Source of the DNA: Kiloniellaceae bacterium
GTDB lineage: Bacteria; Pseudomonadota; Alphaproteobacteria; Kiloniellales; Kiloniellaceae
NCBI GenBank assembly: GCA_050043265.1
Contig: JBHJIR010000005.1
Span: 61,202 to 125,201 of the forward strand
Length of the DNA stretch: 64,000 bases
Reading direction: 5' to 3'
The translations under genes and the position numbers were made by a program. The notes beneath the pieces are model-generated. The model was not told the DNA's origin. It made no database searches and worked only from the letters and a program-made list of their open reading frames with translations. How positions within the stretch are numbered: position 1 is the stretch's first letter; every line of letters starts with the position of its first letter. Of the stretch, positions 1 to 9,863 are shown one piece after another.

Positions 1-1360
1 AAGCGTTACGCCAGGCCAGCGGCTTGGACTTGGCGTCGTCCGCGTTGTCCGGGTTACGCGCGAAGGTATCGGCGTTGGTGTGCGGGTCCTGATAGTCCGG
101 GCCCCAGCGGCCGATGTAGATGTCGTGGTTGCGCGCGCGGTACTTGGTCAGGGTCTGGCTGCCGTCGCCGGGAATGATCTCCAGTTCCACACCGGCCTGG
201 GCGAAAGTCGCCTGGATCGCCTGCGCCATCTCCATGATCGGGGAGGTGCTGCGGGTGTCCATCGTCACCTTGAAACCGTCGGGATAGCCGGCTGCGGCCA
301 GCAGTTCCTTGGCCTTGGCAACGTCCAGCGTGAAGGGGGTCGACTCCAGCGCGCCCAGGAAGCCCTTCGGCAGGAAGGCCTGGTGGACCTTCATGAGGTC
401 CTTCACCACGGTGGCTTCCATGCCCTTGTAGTCGACCAGGTACTTCAGCGCCTGGCGAACCTGCGGCTTGGACAGCGCCTCGTTCTTCTGATTCAGGCCG
501 AGGTAATAGACCGCACCCTTCACGCCGTCCTGGATATAGGTGTCCGGATTGTTGCGCAGCGTTTCCAGCTGGTCCGGGCCGAGGTTGCGGGCGATATCGA
601 TATCGCCTTTTTCCAGCAGCAGTTGCTGGGTTGCCGGCTCGACAATGTGGCGGATGATGACCCGCTTCATGGCCGGCGCACCGCCCCAGTAGTCGTCGTT
701 GCGGTCCAGAGTCAGCGACTCATTGGCCTTCCACTGGCGCAGCTTGAAGGGCCCGACGCCGGCATAGTTGGACTTCAGCCATTCGTTGCCCAGGTCGTCG
801 CCCTGCGCATGTTCCATCACCAGTGCCTTGTCGACGATGGAGGAAACGCCCGCGGTCAGGCAATAGAGCACGAAGGTCGGCGCATAGGCCTGGTCGGTCT
901 CGATGACCAGGGTCATGTCGTCGGTTGCCTTGACCTTGTCCTTCACGTTGCCGGCCGTGAAGCCGAACTGGGTCAGGATGAAGGCCGGCGACTTGTCGAG
1001 GATGACGGCGCGCTGCAGCGAGAAGGCGGCGTCTTCGGCAGTCATCGGATTGCCGGAGGCAAACGTAACGCCCGGGCGCATCTTGAAGGTGAAGGTCTTG
1101 CCGTCGTCGGAGATGGTCCAGGATTCGGCGGCGACGCCGAAGATCTTCGACACGTCCTCGGGGTCGTAACCGATCAGGCGGTCATAGGTGTTGCCCGCGT
1201 ATTCCAGGGCGGTGAATTCGAACATCTCCGCCGGATCCAGCGAGATGATATCGTCGATGGTGAACGCCATGACGAGCGTGTCGCGCGGCGTCTCGGCATG
1301 TGCCGGTATTGCGGTAATGGCCATAAATGCCGCTACGACACAGGCAAATAGCTTCCTCAC
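1..1360 (-). CDS. ABC transporter substrate-binding protein, peptide/nickel (DppA/OppA, family 5); 3' end runs off the window
   Basis: Manual translation from GTG at 1360 (AGGGAG RBS upstream): signal peptide VRKLFACVVAAFMAITAIPAHA, then ETPRDTLVMAFTIDDIISLDPAE...LAESWTISDDGKTFTFKMRPGVTFASGNPMTAEDAAFSLQR-like family 5 signature (reads VAAESWTISDDGKTFTFK). Missing from the ORF track because it has no stop inside the window. Confidence 0.9.
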   Translation of the reverse strand, partial: MRKLFACVVAAFMAITAIPAHAETPRDTLVMAFTIDDIISLDPAEMFEFTALEYAGNTYDRLIGYDPEDVSKIFGVAAESWTISDDGKTFTFKMRPGVTFASGNPMTAEDAAFSLQRAVILDKSPAFILTQFGFTAGNVKDKVKATDDMTLVIETDQAYAPTFVLYCLTAGVSSIVDKALVMEHAQGDDLGNEWLKSNYAGVGPFKLRQWKANESLTLDRNDDYWGGAPAMKRVIIRHIVEPATQQLLLEKGDIDIARNLGPDQLETLRNNPDTYIQDGVKGAVYYLGLNQKNEALSKPQVRQALKYLVDYKGMEATVVKDLMKVHQAFLPKGFLGALESTPFTLDVAKAKELLAAAGYPDGFKVTMDTRSTSPIMEMAQAIQATFAQAGVELEIIPGDGSQTLTKYRARNHDIYIGRWGPDYQDPHTNADTFARNPDNADDAKSKPLAWRNA

Positions 1361-1539
1361 GTTAAGTCTCCCTGAATGTCGCCCCGTTGGAGGCCAGATT
1401 AAATTCGCGGCTCTCTCTTGCTAGGTTCGCATTGTATCCGCTCCGGACGCCCGGTCCATAGCCGATCGCAAAGGCGAAATAGTGATTTGTACCAATACAA
1501 TAGGCGCAAGATCACCGGACGGTTATGCACAAGCCGCCG

Positions 1540-4500
1540 TCAGGCGGCAAGCTTCACCAACTGGTCGAGCATCTGGCGCACGCCCGTCACCCGCGCCGAC
1601 TCGCTGTCCCACGCGCGGCGGTAGACAAGGGTGTGGTCGGGCCGCAGCTTCACCTCCCCCGCCTGTTTCTGGATAAAGGCGATAAGGCCGGCCGGATTGG
1701 CGAAGCTGTTGTTGCGGAAGGCGACGGTCGCCCCCTTCGGTCCGGCATCCAGCCGTTCGACCCCCGCCTCGCGGCACAACCGCTTGATGGTCATGATCTG
1801 CAGTAGGTTGGCGACCTCCGCCGGCAATGGTCCAAAACGGTCGACCAGTTCGGCGGCGAAACCGTCGATCTCGGCACGGTCGACCAAAGTCGACAGCCTA
1901 CGGTAGAGTCCGAGGCGCAAATTCAAGTCTGAAACGTAAGTGTCCGGGATCAGCACCGGCATGCCGATGTTGATCTGCGGCGTGAAGCCATCGGCCGCCG
2001 CCTCGGCGGCCTCGCCTCCGGCCCTGGCTGTCGCCACCGCCTCCTCCAGCATCTGCTGGTACAGCTCGATGCCGACCTCGCGGATGTGACCGGACTGCTC
2101 CTCGCCCAGCAGGTTGCCGGCGCCGCGGATGTCGAGGTCGTGGCTGGCCAGCTGGAAACCGGCGCCCAGGGTGTCGAGGGTCTGCATCACGTGCAGGCGC
2201 TTCTCGGCAGCGGTGCTGAGGATGCGCCCCGGCGGCAGGGTAAAGTAGGCGTAGCCGCGCTGCTTGGAACGGCCGATACGGCCGCGCAGCTGATAGAGCT
2301 GGGCCAGGCCGAACATATCGGCGCGGTGCAGGATCATGGTGTTGGCGGTGGGGATGTCGAGACCGGATTCGACGATGTTGGTCGACAGCAGGATGTCGTA
2401 CTTGCGGTCGTAGAAATCGGTCATCACCTCTTCCAGCTGGGTCGGCGCCAGCTGGCCGTGCGCCACCGCCACCTTCACCTCCGGCACCAGCGTGGCGAGA
2501 CGCTCCTTCACCTCGGCGATGTCCGTCAGCCGCGGGCAGACGTAGAAGGTCTGGCCGCCGCGGTAATGCTCGCGCAGGATCGCCTCGCGCACGATCACCG
2601 GGTCGTAGGGCAGCACGAAGGTGCGCACCGCCAGGCGGGCGACCGGCGGCGTGGCGATCAGGCTCATCTCCTTCACGCCGGACATGGCGAGCTGCAGGGT
2701 GCGCGGAATCGGCGTCGCCGTCAGGGTCAGCACGTGGACGTCTTCGCGCAGCGCCTTCAGGCGCTCCTTCTGCTTCACGCCGAAGTGCTGTTCCTCGTCG
2801 ACGATCAGCAGGCCGAGGTCCTTGAAGGCGATCGACTTGCTGAGGATCGCGTGGGTGCCGACGACGATCTCGACACGGCCCTTGGCCAGGTCCTCGCGGT
2901 TCTGCGCCGCCTCCTTGGCACCGACCAGACGCGACAGCTGCACGATGCGCACCGGCAGGCCGTTGAAGCGTTCCTTGAAGGTGCGGAAATGCTGGCGGGC
3001 GAGCAGCGTGGTCGGCACCACCACGGCGACCTGCTTGCCCGACATCACCGCCAGGAAGGCGGCACGCAAGGCCACCTCGGTCTTGCCGAAGCCGACGTCG
3101 CCGCAGACCAGACGATCCATCGGCCGCCCCGCGGAAAGGTCCCCCAGGGTCTCCTCGATGGCGCGCAGCTGGTCGTCCGTTTCCGCAAAGGGAAAGCGCG
3201 CGCAGAATTCGTCGTAGAGGCCGTCGGGCCGTTCCAGGGCTTCGGCGGTTTTCAGGGCACGGGCGGCAGCCACCTTGATGAGGGCGTCGGCCATCTCCTT
3301 GATGCGCTCCTTCACCCTGGCCTTGCGCGCCTGCCAGTTCACGCCGCCCAGCTTGTCCAGCTCGACGCCTTCGTTCTCCGACCCGAAGCGCGACAGCACC
3401 TCGATGTTCTCGACAGGGACATACAGCTTGTCGCCGCCCTGATAGATCACTTTCAGGTAGTCGTGCGCCGCGCCGGTGGCGTCCAGCGTCTCCAGCCCCT
3501 CGTAGCGCCCGACGCCGTGGTCGACGTGGACCACCAGGTCCTTTTCCTGCAGGTCGGAAATCTCGGTGAGGAAATTCTCGGCGCGGCGGCGGCGCTGCGC
3601 GGTGCGGGCGATGCGCTCCCCCAGGATGTCCTGCTCGGTCAGGAACAGCGTGTCGGCGAAGCGGAAGCCCTTCTCGATCCCCAGCGCCGCGAGCCCGACC
3701 TTGTCCTTGGCCAGACCGTCGACACCCGCCCAACCGTCCAGCGGCACGCCATCAATGCCGGCGTGCTCCTGCAGCAGGTGTGCCAGGCGGTCGAGCGCGC
3801 CGGCGCTGAAGGCGGTCAGCACGACCCGCTGGCCGCCCTTCAGCACCCGGCCGATATCGGCACCGACCGCATCGTAGATCTGGCCCTGGGTGCCGCCGCT
3901 CTGCAGGGCGGCGCGCTGTTCGGCGTAATCGAGGCCCGGACGCCCGCCGGCATCGCGCACCGTCGCGCCTTCGGGCGCCGCGAAGGGGGTGAACTGGCCG
4001 CCGGGGCGCGCGGCGAGGCCGCGCTCCCATTCCGCCGCGTCGAGATAGAGGTCGGTCGGCTCCAGGGCCTTGTAGACCCAGCCGCCGGTTTCGCCGCCGC
4101 CTTCCAGCGCCTTGCGCGCCTGGTAGAAGTCCAGAATCGTCTCCAGCCGCGAATCGCGCGCTTCGACCGCCTGGTAGTCCAGGGTGACGCCGGCATCGGG
4201 CAGGTAGTCCAGCAGAGTGACCAGACGCTTGTGATAGAGCGGCAGCCAGTGCTCCATGCCCGGATGGGCGCGCGCCGCGCTGACCGCCTCATACAGCGGA
4301 TCGTCGCGCACCACGCCGAAGCGCTCGCGGTAGCGGGTGCGGAAGCGCTCGACGGCCTCCGGATCCAGGATCACCTCGCTGACCGGCTTCAGGGCCAGGC
4401 GTTCGACGGTGCCGGTGGTGCGCTGGGTCAGCGGATCGAACAGCCGCAGGCTCTCCAGATCGTCGCCGAAAAAGTCGAGGCGCACGGGCTGTTCCTGGCC

Positions 4501-5055
4501 CGGCGGGAAGACATCGATGATGCCGCCGCGCACGGCGAACTCGCCGGGTTCGCCAACGGTCTCGACCCGGTAGTAGCCGTTCTCGGCGAAGAAGCCGTTC
4601 AGCCTGTCGGCCGGCAGGGTGCCGCCCGCCTCCAGCAACAGGATTCGACCCTCCAGAGCCTCCGGCGCCGGCACCCGCTGCAGCAGCGCGCTGACCGTGG
4701 TGACCACCACCTGTGGGCGCGCGCCCGCCGGCTGCAACAGCCGGGTCAGCACGTCCAGGCGGCGGGCGACGACGTCGCGGTGCGGACTTACCCGGTCATA
4801 GGGCAGGCAGTCCCAGGCCGGAAACACCAAAGCCTCGACCTGCGGCGCGAAAAAGCCGAGGCAGTCGACCATGCGGGCCGCCTGGGTGTCGTCGAGGGCG
4901 ACATGCAGCCAGCGGCGCCCCTGCGGGCTTTGGGGAGATTGGGCCAGCATCTCGGCCAGCACCAGGGCGTCGAGACCCGGCGGCGCGGAGGCCAGGGTCG
5001 GACGCAAGGCAGACTCCGCCTCCACAGGCGTAGAGGCGATCACGGATTCCGTCAT
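1540..5055 (-). CDS. mfd: Transcription-repair coupling factor
   Basis: 1171 aa; UvrB-like N-terminus, CarD-like RID (DLVVHVDHGVGRY), GDVGFGKT, DEEQ, TATPIPRTL, TRCF C-terminal domain. Confidence 0.98.
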   Translation of the reverse strand: MTESVIASTPVEAESALRPTLASAPPGLDALVLAEMLAQSPQSPQGRRWLHVALDDTQAARMVDCLGFFAPQVEALVFPAWDCLPYDRVSPHRDVVARRLDVLTRLLQPAGARPQVVVTTVSALLQRVPAPEALEGRILLLEAGGTLPADRLNGFFAENGYYRVETVGEPGEFAVRGGIIDVFPPGQEQPVRLDFFGDDLESLRLFDPLTQRTTGTVERLALKPVSEVILDPEAVERFRTRYRERFGVVRDDPLYEAVSAARAHPGMEHWLPLYHKRLVTLLDYLPDAGVTLDYQAVEARDSRLETILDFYQARKALEGGGETGGWVYKALEPTDLYLDAAEWERGLAARPGGQFTPFAAPEGATVRDAGGRPGLDYAEQRAALQSGGTQGQIYDAVGADIGRVLKGGQRVVLTAFSAGALDRLAHLLQEHAGIDGVPLDGWAGVDGLAKDKVGLAALGIEKGFRFADTLFLTEQDILGERIARTAQRRRRAENFLTEISDLQEKDLVVHVDHGVGRYEGLETLDATGAAHDYLKVIYQGGDKLYVPVENIEVLSRFGSENEGVELDKLGGVNWQARKARVKERIKEMADALIKVAAARALKTAEALERPDGLYDEFCARFPFAETDDQLRAIEETLGDLSAGRPMDRLVCGDVGFGKTEVALRAAFLAVMSGKQVAVVVPTTLLARQHFRTFKERFNGLPVRIVQLSRLVGAKEAAQNREDLAKGRVEIVVGTHAILSKSIAFKDLGLLIVDEEQHFGVKQKERLKALREDVHVLTLTATPIPRTLQLAMSGVKEMSLIATPPVARLAVRTFVLPYDPVIVREAILREHYRGGQTFYVCPRLTDIAEVKERLATLVPEVKVAVAHGQLAPTQLEEVMTDFYDRKYDILLSTNIVESGLDIPTANTMILHRADMFGLAQLYQLRGRIGRSKQRGYAYFTLPPGRILSTAAEKRLHVMQTLDTLGAGFQLASHDLDIRGAGNLLGEEQSGHIREVGIELYQQMLEEAVATARAGGEAAEAAADGFTPQINIGMPVLIPDTYVSDLNLRLGLYRRLSTLVDRAEIDGFAAELVDRFGPLPAEVANLLQIMTIKRLCREAGVERLDAGPKGATVAFRNNSFANPAGLIAFIQKQAGEVKLRPDHTLVYRRAWDSESARVTGVRQMLDQLVKLAA

Positions 5056-5088
5056 CAGTTCTCGAGCGGTTCAGGACAAAAAAAGAAG

Positions 5089-5367
5089 TCAGCGGCCCGG
5101 CGGTTGGAACTCGAAGGCCAGCAGCAGCCGGGTCACGTCATGGTCATAGTCGGCCGGCGGCTGGCCGCGGCCGAGGATCCAGTCGTAGACCACCGGCTCG
5201 GGTACGTCCAGCAGGGCCTCGAAACGGTCGAGCTGGGCGGCGTCGAATCCGCCCAGGTGGGCGTCCGCGAAGCTGCCGCTCAGCAGATCCATTTCCTTGG
5301 TGCCGCGGTGCCAGGCGCGAAAGCGCAGGCGTTTGCGGCGGTTCTCGGTGGTTTCGGTTTTGGTCAT
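5089..5367 (-). CDS. sdhE: Succinate dehydrogenase assembly factor 2 (FAD assembly factor)
   Basis: RKRLRFRAWHRGTKEMDLL signature; conserved position between mfd and recG. Confidence 0.93.
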   Translation of the reverse strand: MTKTETTENRRKRLRFRAWHRGTKEMDLLSGSFADAHLGGFDAAQLDRFEALLDVPEPVVYDWILGRGQPPADYDHDVTRLLLAFEFQPPGR

Positions 5368-5429
5368 TGGCCCCTAGGATATAGAGCCAACGAACCCCTT
5401 TGTCAGGCTCTTCCCGGCCGGAAAACCCA

Positions 5430-7514
5430 TTGCGCCCCGAGATCCTCTTTCCGCTGTTCGCGCCCGCCACCAGTCTTTCCGGCGTCGGGCCGCGCTTTGC
5501 CAAGCTGTTCGAGACGCTGACCGGCGGGCCGGCGGTGCTCGACCTGTGCTGGCACCTGCCCAGCGGCCTCATCGACCGGCGCTACGCCCCGCCCCTGGCC
5601 GAGGCGATTCCCGGGCGAATCGCCACCCTGACGGTGGAGGTGGGCGAACACCGCGCGCCGCCGACCCGGCGCCAGCCCTACCGGGTGCAGTGCCACGACG
5701 CCACCGGCACCATCGAGCTGGTGTTCTTCCACGCCCACCGCGACTACCTGATGAAGGCGCTGCCGCCGGGCCAGACCCGGGTCATCAGCGGCAAGGTGGA
5801 GGTCTTCAACGACCGCCTGCAGATGACCCACCCGGACCACATCGCAGTCCCGGCGGAAGCCGAAAGCCTGCAGACGGTGGAGCCGGTCTACCCGCTGACC
5901 GCAGGCCTGACCCTGAAGACCGTCGGCAAGGCGGTCCACACGGCGCTGCAGCGGGTGCCCGTGCTGCCGGAATGGCTCGATCCGCCCCTGAAGGCGCGCG
6001 AGGGCTGGGAGGACTGGCATCAGGCGCTGGCCCGCGCGCACGCGCCGCAGGAAGAGTCCGACCTTTCGCCGCTGGCGCCGGCGCGGCGCCGCCTCGCCTA
6101 CGACGAACTGCTGGCCAACCAGCTGGCCATCGCCCTGGTACGTGACCGCCAGTTGAAGCAGCGCGGCCGTCCGCTGAAGGGCGACGGGCGGCTGTGCGAC
6201 AGGGTGATCGCCGGCCTGCCCTTCCAGCTCACCGGCTCGCAACGCCTCGCCCTGGCGGAGATCAGCGCCGACATGGGCGCCGCACACCGCATGCTGCGGC
6301 TGCTGCAAGGCGACGTCGGCAGCGGCAAAACGGTGGTCGCGCTGCTCGCCATGCTGACCGCGGTGGAGGCCGGCTGCCAGGCGGCGCTGATGGCGCCGAC
6401 CGAGATCCTCGCCCGCCAGCACTTCCAGACCATCGAGCCGCTGGCGCGGGCCGCCGGCGTCGGCATCGCCCTGCTGACCGGGCGCGACAAGGGCAAGGCG
6501 CGCCAGGCGATCCTCGCTGGCCTCGCCTCGGGCGAAACCGCCATCGTGGTCGGCACCCATGCGCTGTTCCAGGAGGACGTCGCCTTCCGGGATCTCGCCA
6601 TGGCGGTGATCGACGAGCAGCACCGCTTCGGCGTGCACCAGCGCCTGACCCTCACCGGCAAGGGCAAGGCCGTCGACGTGCTGGTGATGACCGCGCCGCC
6701 GCTCCCGCGCACCCTGATGCTGCCCGCCTACGGCGACATGGACGTCTCGCGCCTGACCGAACGGCCGCCGGGGCGCCAGCCGATCGAGACCGCGACGCTG
6801 CCGCTCGACCGCCTGCCCGAGGTCGTCGACGCCGTCGACCGCGCGATCCAGCGCAATGCCCAGGTCTATTGGATCTGTCCCCTGGTCGAGGAATCGGAGA
6901 ACGTCGACCTCGCCGCCGCCGAGGACCGCTACGCTGCCTTGCAGCTGCGGTTCGGGGACAAGATCGGCCTGGTCCACGGCCGCATGAAGGGACCGGAAAA
7001 GGACGCCGTGATGGCGCGTTTCGCGGCCGGCGAGATCGCCGTGCTGGTCGCCACCACGGTGGTCGAGGTCGGCGTCGACGTGCCCAATGCAACGGTGATG
7101 GTGATCGAACATGCCGAGCGCTTTGGCCTTGCCCAGTTGCACCAGTTGCGCGGCCGGGTCGGGCGCGGCAGCGGCAAGTCGACCTGCCTGCTGCTGTGGC
7201 AAGGTCCGCTGGGCGAGACCGCGAGGGCGCGCCTCAAGATCCTGCGCGAGACCGACGACGGCTTTCGCATCGCCGAGGAGGACCTGAAACTGCGCGGCGC
7301 CGGTGAGCTGCTCGGGACCCGCCAGAGCGGCATGCCGGAATTCCGCCTCGCCGACCTGGCGGTGCACGACGACCTGCTGGCCACCGCGCGCGACGACGCG
7401 CGCCTCATCCTGGACCGCGACCCGGAGCTGGCCGGCCCGCGGGGCCAGGCACTGCGCGTGCTGCTCTATCTCTTCGAGCGCGATGCGGCGGTGAAATACC
7501 TGCGCTCCGGTTGA
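5430..7514 (+). CDS. recG: ATP-dependent DNA helicase RecG
   Basis: Probable TTG start at 5430 (MRPEILFPLFAP); wedge domain, GDVGSGKT, DEQH, QLRGRVGRG and TRG motif. Motif III is atypical (see findings). Confidence 0.97.
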   Translation: MRPEILFPLFAPATSLSGVGPRFAKLFETLTGGPAVLDLCWHLPSGLIDRRYAPPLAEAIPGRIATLTVEVGEHRAPPTRRQPYRVQCHDATGTIELVFFHAHRDYLMKALPPGQTRVISGKVEVFNDRLQMTHPDHIAVPAEAESLQTVEPVYPLTAGLTLKTVGKAVHTALQRVPVLPEWLDPPLKAREGWEDWHQALARAHAPQEESDLSPLAPARRRLAYDELLANQLAIALVRDRQLKQRGRPLKGDGRLCDRVIAGLPFQLTGSQRLALAEISADMGAAHRMLRLLQGDVGSGKTVVALLAMLTAVEAGCQAALMAPTEILARQHFQTIEPLARAAGVGIALLTGRDKGKARQAILAGLASGETAIVVGTHALFQEDVAFRDLAMAVIDEQHRFGVHQRLTLTGKGKAVDVLVMTAPPLPRTLMLPAYGDMDVSRLTERPPGRQPIETATLPLDRLPEVVDAVDRAIQRNAQVYWICPLVEESENVDLAAAEDRYAALQLRFGDKIGLVHGRMKGPEKDAVMARFAAGEIAVLVATTVVEVGVDVPNATVMVIEHAERFGLAQLHQLRGRVGRGSGKSTCLLLWQGPLGETARARLKILRETDDGFRIAEEDLKLRGAGELLGTRQSGMPEFRLADLAVHDDLLATARDDARLILDRDPELAGPRGQALRVLLYLFERDAAVKYLRSG

Positions 7515-7594
7515 GTCCCACGCTCCGATTGAGTCTCGATGACGGCTCTTTTCATCGCCAATTTCGGAGGCTGAGACTCTCCTCCGTCGGAAGG

Positions 7595-7609
7595 TTAATC
7601 CATTGTTAG
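7595..7609. promoter_or_regulatory. CtrA-like box (TTAA-N7-TTAG) with three upstream GANTC sites
   Basis: TTAATCCATTGTTAG, one mismatch to TTAA-N7-TTAA; GANTC at 7513, 7531 and 7575. Confidence 0.5.
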
Positions 7610-7666
7610 GCGCAAACCGCGACACTGTTGCGGGCACCTAACATCATCACGGACAGAGACTGGTTC

Positions 7667-8155
7667 ATGTCTGGCTTCGTCACCAACGAGCGCCGCCTCA
7701 TCCTGCGGGTCGAGGACTACTGGCACTACCTGCGGCAGGACCGCGCGTTCCCATCGACCACCGACATCGACCCGGTCGAGCTGGGCGACGACTGGTGCGA
7801 CTGCTTCGTGATGAGCCCGAACGAGCCGCCGGAAGACGCCACCTTCCTGTTCGTCGGGCCGCGCCTGCTGGAAAACGCCCGACTGCCGGAAGACTGGGCC
7901 CGGAAAAGCCCGCGCCAGGTGCGCGACTGCCCACCCGGTGCGATGCTGGCGCGCTGCGTGCAGTACGTCGATCAGGTGCTGGAACAGCGCATCCCGGTGA
8001 CCGTGGCGGAAGTCTTCGAAGAAGCCGGCGAAGAAGTGAAGCTGCGTGGCACGCTGTTTCCGCTGTCCTCCGACGGCCAGCAAATCGATGCCATCCTCGG
8101 CGCCGCCAACTGTGCCCGTCTTGAGGCGCTGCAGCTCGCGCTGCCGGCAGCCTGA
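7667..8155 (+). CDS. Stand-alone PAS-fold protein (PAS_5/DUF1457-like)
   Basis: ERRLILRVEDYWHYLRQDRAFPSTTDIDPVEL pattern (YW..LR..R.FP...DIDP) and C-terminal LFPLSSDGQQIDAILG. The ATG at 7667 is preferred over TTG 7628. Confidence 0.75.
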   Translation: MSGFVTNERRLILRVEDYWHYLRQDRAFPSTTDIDPVELGDDWCDCFVMSPNEPPEDATFLFVGPRLLENARLPEDWARKSPRQVRDCPPGAMLARCVQYVDQVLEQRIPVTVAEVFEEAGEEVKLRGTLFPLSSDGQQIDAILGAANCARLEALQLALPAA

Positions 8156-8183
8156 GTTCTTTCCCGAGGAAAGTGAAGGACCT

Positions 8184-9635
8184 CTAACCGCTCTTGGCGA
8201 GTGGCGGCAGGGCTTCCGCGTCGGAGCCTTGCCGCGCGGAGTCCGCTGCGTCCGGCGGTGTGACGATGCCGCCGGAGACCACCATCTTGATGCCCTCCTC
8301 CACGGTCATGGTCAGCATCTGGGTTTCCTTGCGCGGCAGGAACAGCAGGAATCCGGAGGTCGGGTTCGGCGTCGTCGGCAGGAAGATGTTCACCGTGTCG
8401 TCGGGCGTCAGTTCCTGAATGCCCCCTTCCGCCGGGCCGGTGATGAACCCCAGCGCCCAGCAGTTCTTACGCGGATATTCCAGCAGGATGACGTCGCGGA
8501 AGGCCTTCGACTGCTCCTTGAACACCGTTTCCAGGATCTGCTTCACCGCGCTGTAGAGGCTGCGGATCACCGGCATGCGCGCCATCAGGCGGTCACCGGC
8601 GGTGAGCTGACTGCGCCCGACGAAACCGGCGGTGAGGAAGCCGATCATGATGAGGCCGAACACCACGACCACGACGCCGAGGCCGGGAATGGAGAACGGC
8701 AGATAGGTTTCCGGATTCCAATGAACGGGGATGTAGGGGGTCACCTTGCTGTCGACGAAGGTGACGAACTCCCAGGCCAGCCAGATGGTGATGGCGATCG
8801 GCGCGGTGACCAGGATGCCGGCGAAGAAGTAGTTGCGCAGCCGGGTGATGAAACCGGGTTTGCGCGGCGCAGGCCCTTCCTTGCGGCGGCGGCGTGGTTT
8901 GCCGTTGCCGTTTTCATCGGCCTGAGGCGCCGACGTGACCTTGCCCGCCGCGGCGTCTTCCACGCGCAACTTGGCGGCCTCGGCCGATTCGGCTCCTTCG
9001 AAGTTGGCCTGATCCGGCACCACGATGCCGCCGGAAATCACCAGCTTGATGCCTTCCTCCACGGTGAGGTCGAGGTGGTGGACGTCGTCCTGCGGCACGA
9101 ACAGCAGGAAACCGGTGGTCGGGTTGGGCGTCGCCGGCACGAAGACGTTGTAAACCGTCGCCGCGGTCAGGCGCTGCACCTCGCCGACCGTCTGGCCGGT
9201 GATAAAGCCAACCGCCCAGCAGCCGGGCCTTGGATATTCGATCAGCACCACTTCGCGAAAGGCCGTCGAAGACTGCGACAGCACCGTCTCGAAGACCTGC
9301 TTGGTCCAGCTGTAAACCGAACGGATGATCGGCACCCGCGCCACCACGCGCTCGCCGATGCGCATGGTCATGCGGCCCACATAGCCGGCGGCCAAGAAGC
9401 CGACCAGGGTCAGGGCGATCAACGCGATGATGAGGCCGAGGCCGGGCACACCGAAGGGCAGATAGCTCTCCGGGTTCCACTGCGGCGGAATCATCGGCGT
9501 CACACGGTCATCGATGAAGGTGATGATGCGCCAGGTCAGCCAGAAGGTGATGCTGATCGGGGCCGTGACCAGCACGCCCGCCAGGAAGTAGTTGCGCAGC
9601 CGTGTGGTCGCGCCGTTCTTGTCAGACTCGGCCAC
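8184..9635 (-). CDS. Membrane protein with two tandem DUF502 (COV1-like) domains
   Basis: Two copies of RLRNYF.AG.LVTAPI.IT.WL.W ... VL.EYPR..CWA.GFITG ... F.P.TPNPT.GFLLF.P ... VEEGIK.V.SGGIV, joined by a charged linker in one ORF. Confidence 0.9.
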   Translation of the reverse strand: MAESDKNGATTRLRNYFLAGVLVTAPISITFWLTWRIITFIDDRVTPMIPPQWNPESYLPFGVPGLGLIIALIALTLVGFLAAGYVGRMTMRIGERVVARVPIIRSVYSWTKQVFETVLSQSSTAFREVVLIEYPRPGCWAVGFITGQTVGEVQRLTAATVYNVFVPATPNPTTGFLLFVPQDDVHHLDLTVEEGIKLVISGGIVVPDQANFEGAESAEAAKLRVEDAAAGKVTSAPQADENGNGKPRRRRKEGPAPRKPGFITRLRNYFFAGILVTAPIAITIWLAWEFVTFVDSKVTPYIPVHWNPETYLPFSIPGLGVVVVVFGLIMIGFLTAGFVGRSQLTAGDRLMARMPVIRSLYSAVKQILETVFKEQSKAFRDVILLEYPRKNCWALGFITGPAEGGIQELTPDDTVNIFLPTTPNPTSGFLLFLPRKETQMLTMTVEEGIKMVVSGGIVTPPDAADSARQGSDAEALPPLAKSG

Positions 9636-9863
9636 TGAGCGTGGCTCCTTCCTCGCTGGTTGCGACCGGCACAGGCCGGCGGCAAATCCGTTCCGCCTGG
9701 ATGAACATCCTGAAAATCAGACGCTTTCAAACGATCTTCAAACGATCGTCCGAACCCTCCCTGCACGCCCTATGATATGGGAATCACCGGCCAAGTTGCT
9801 AGAGCCAGTCATCCCCATCTCCCCGTCCCGGGACCATCAAGGCGTCAATTTTGCCGCCAGGCG

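Noticed and set aside
2086-5520. Very long antisense or alternative-frame ORFs (also 19273-21012, 22081-23598, 36782-38779, 41417-43240, 54464-55963)
   Set aside because: They mirror well-supported genes, have no family motifs, and are expected shadows of GC3-rich coding sequence.
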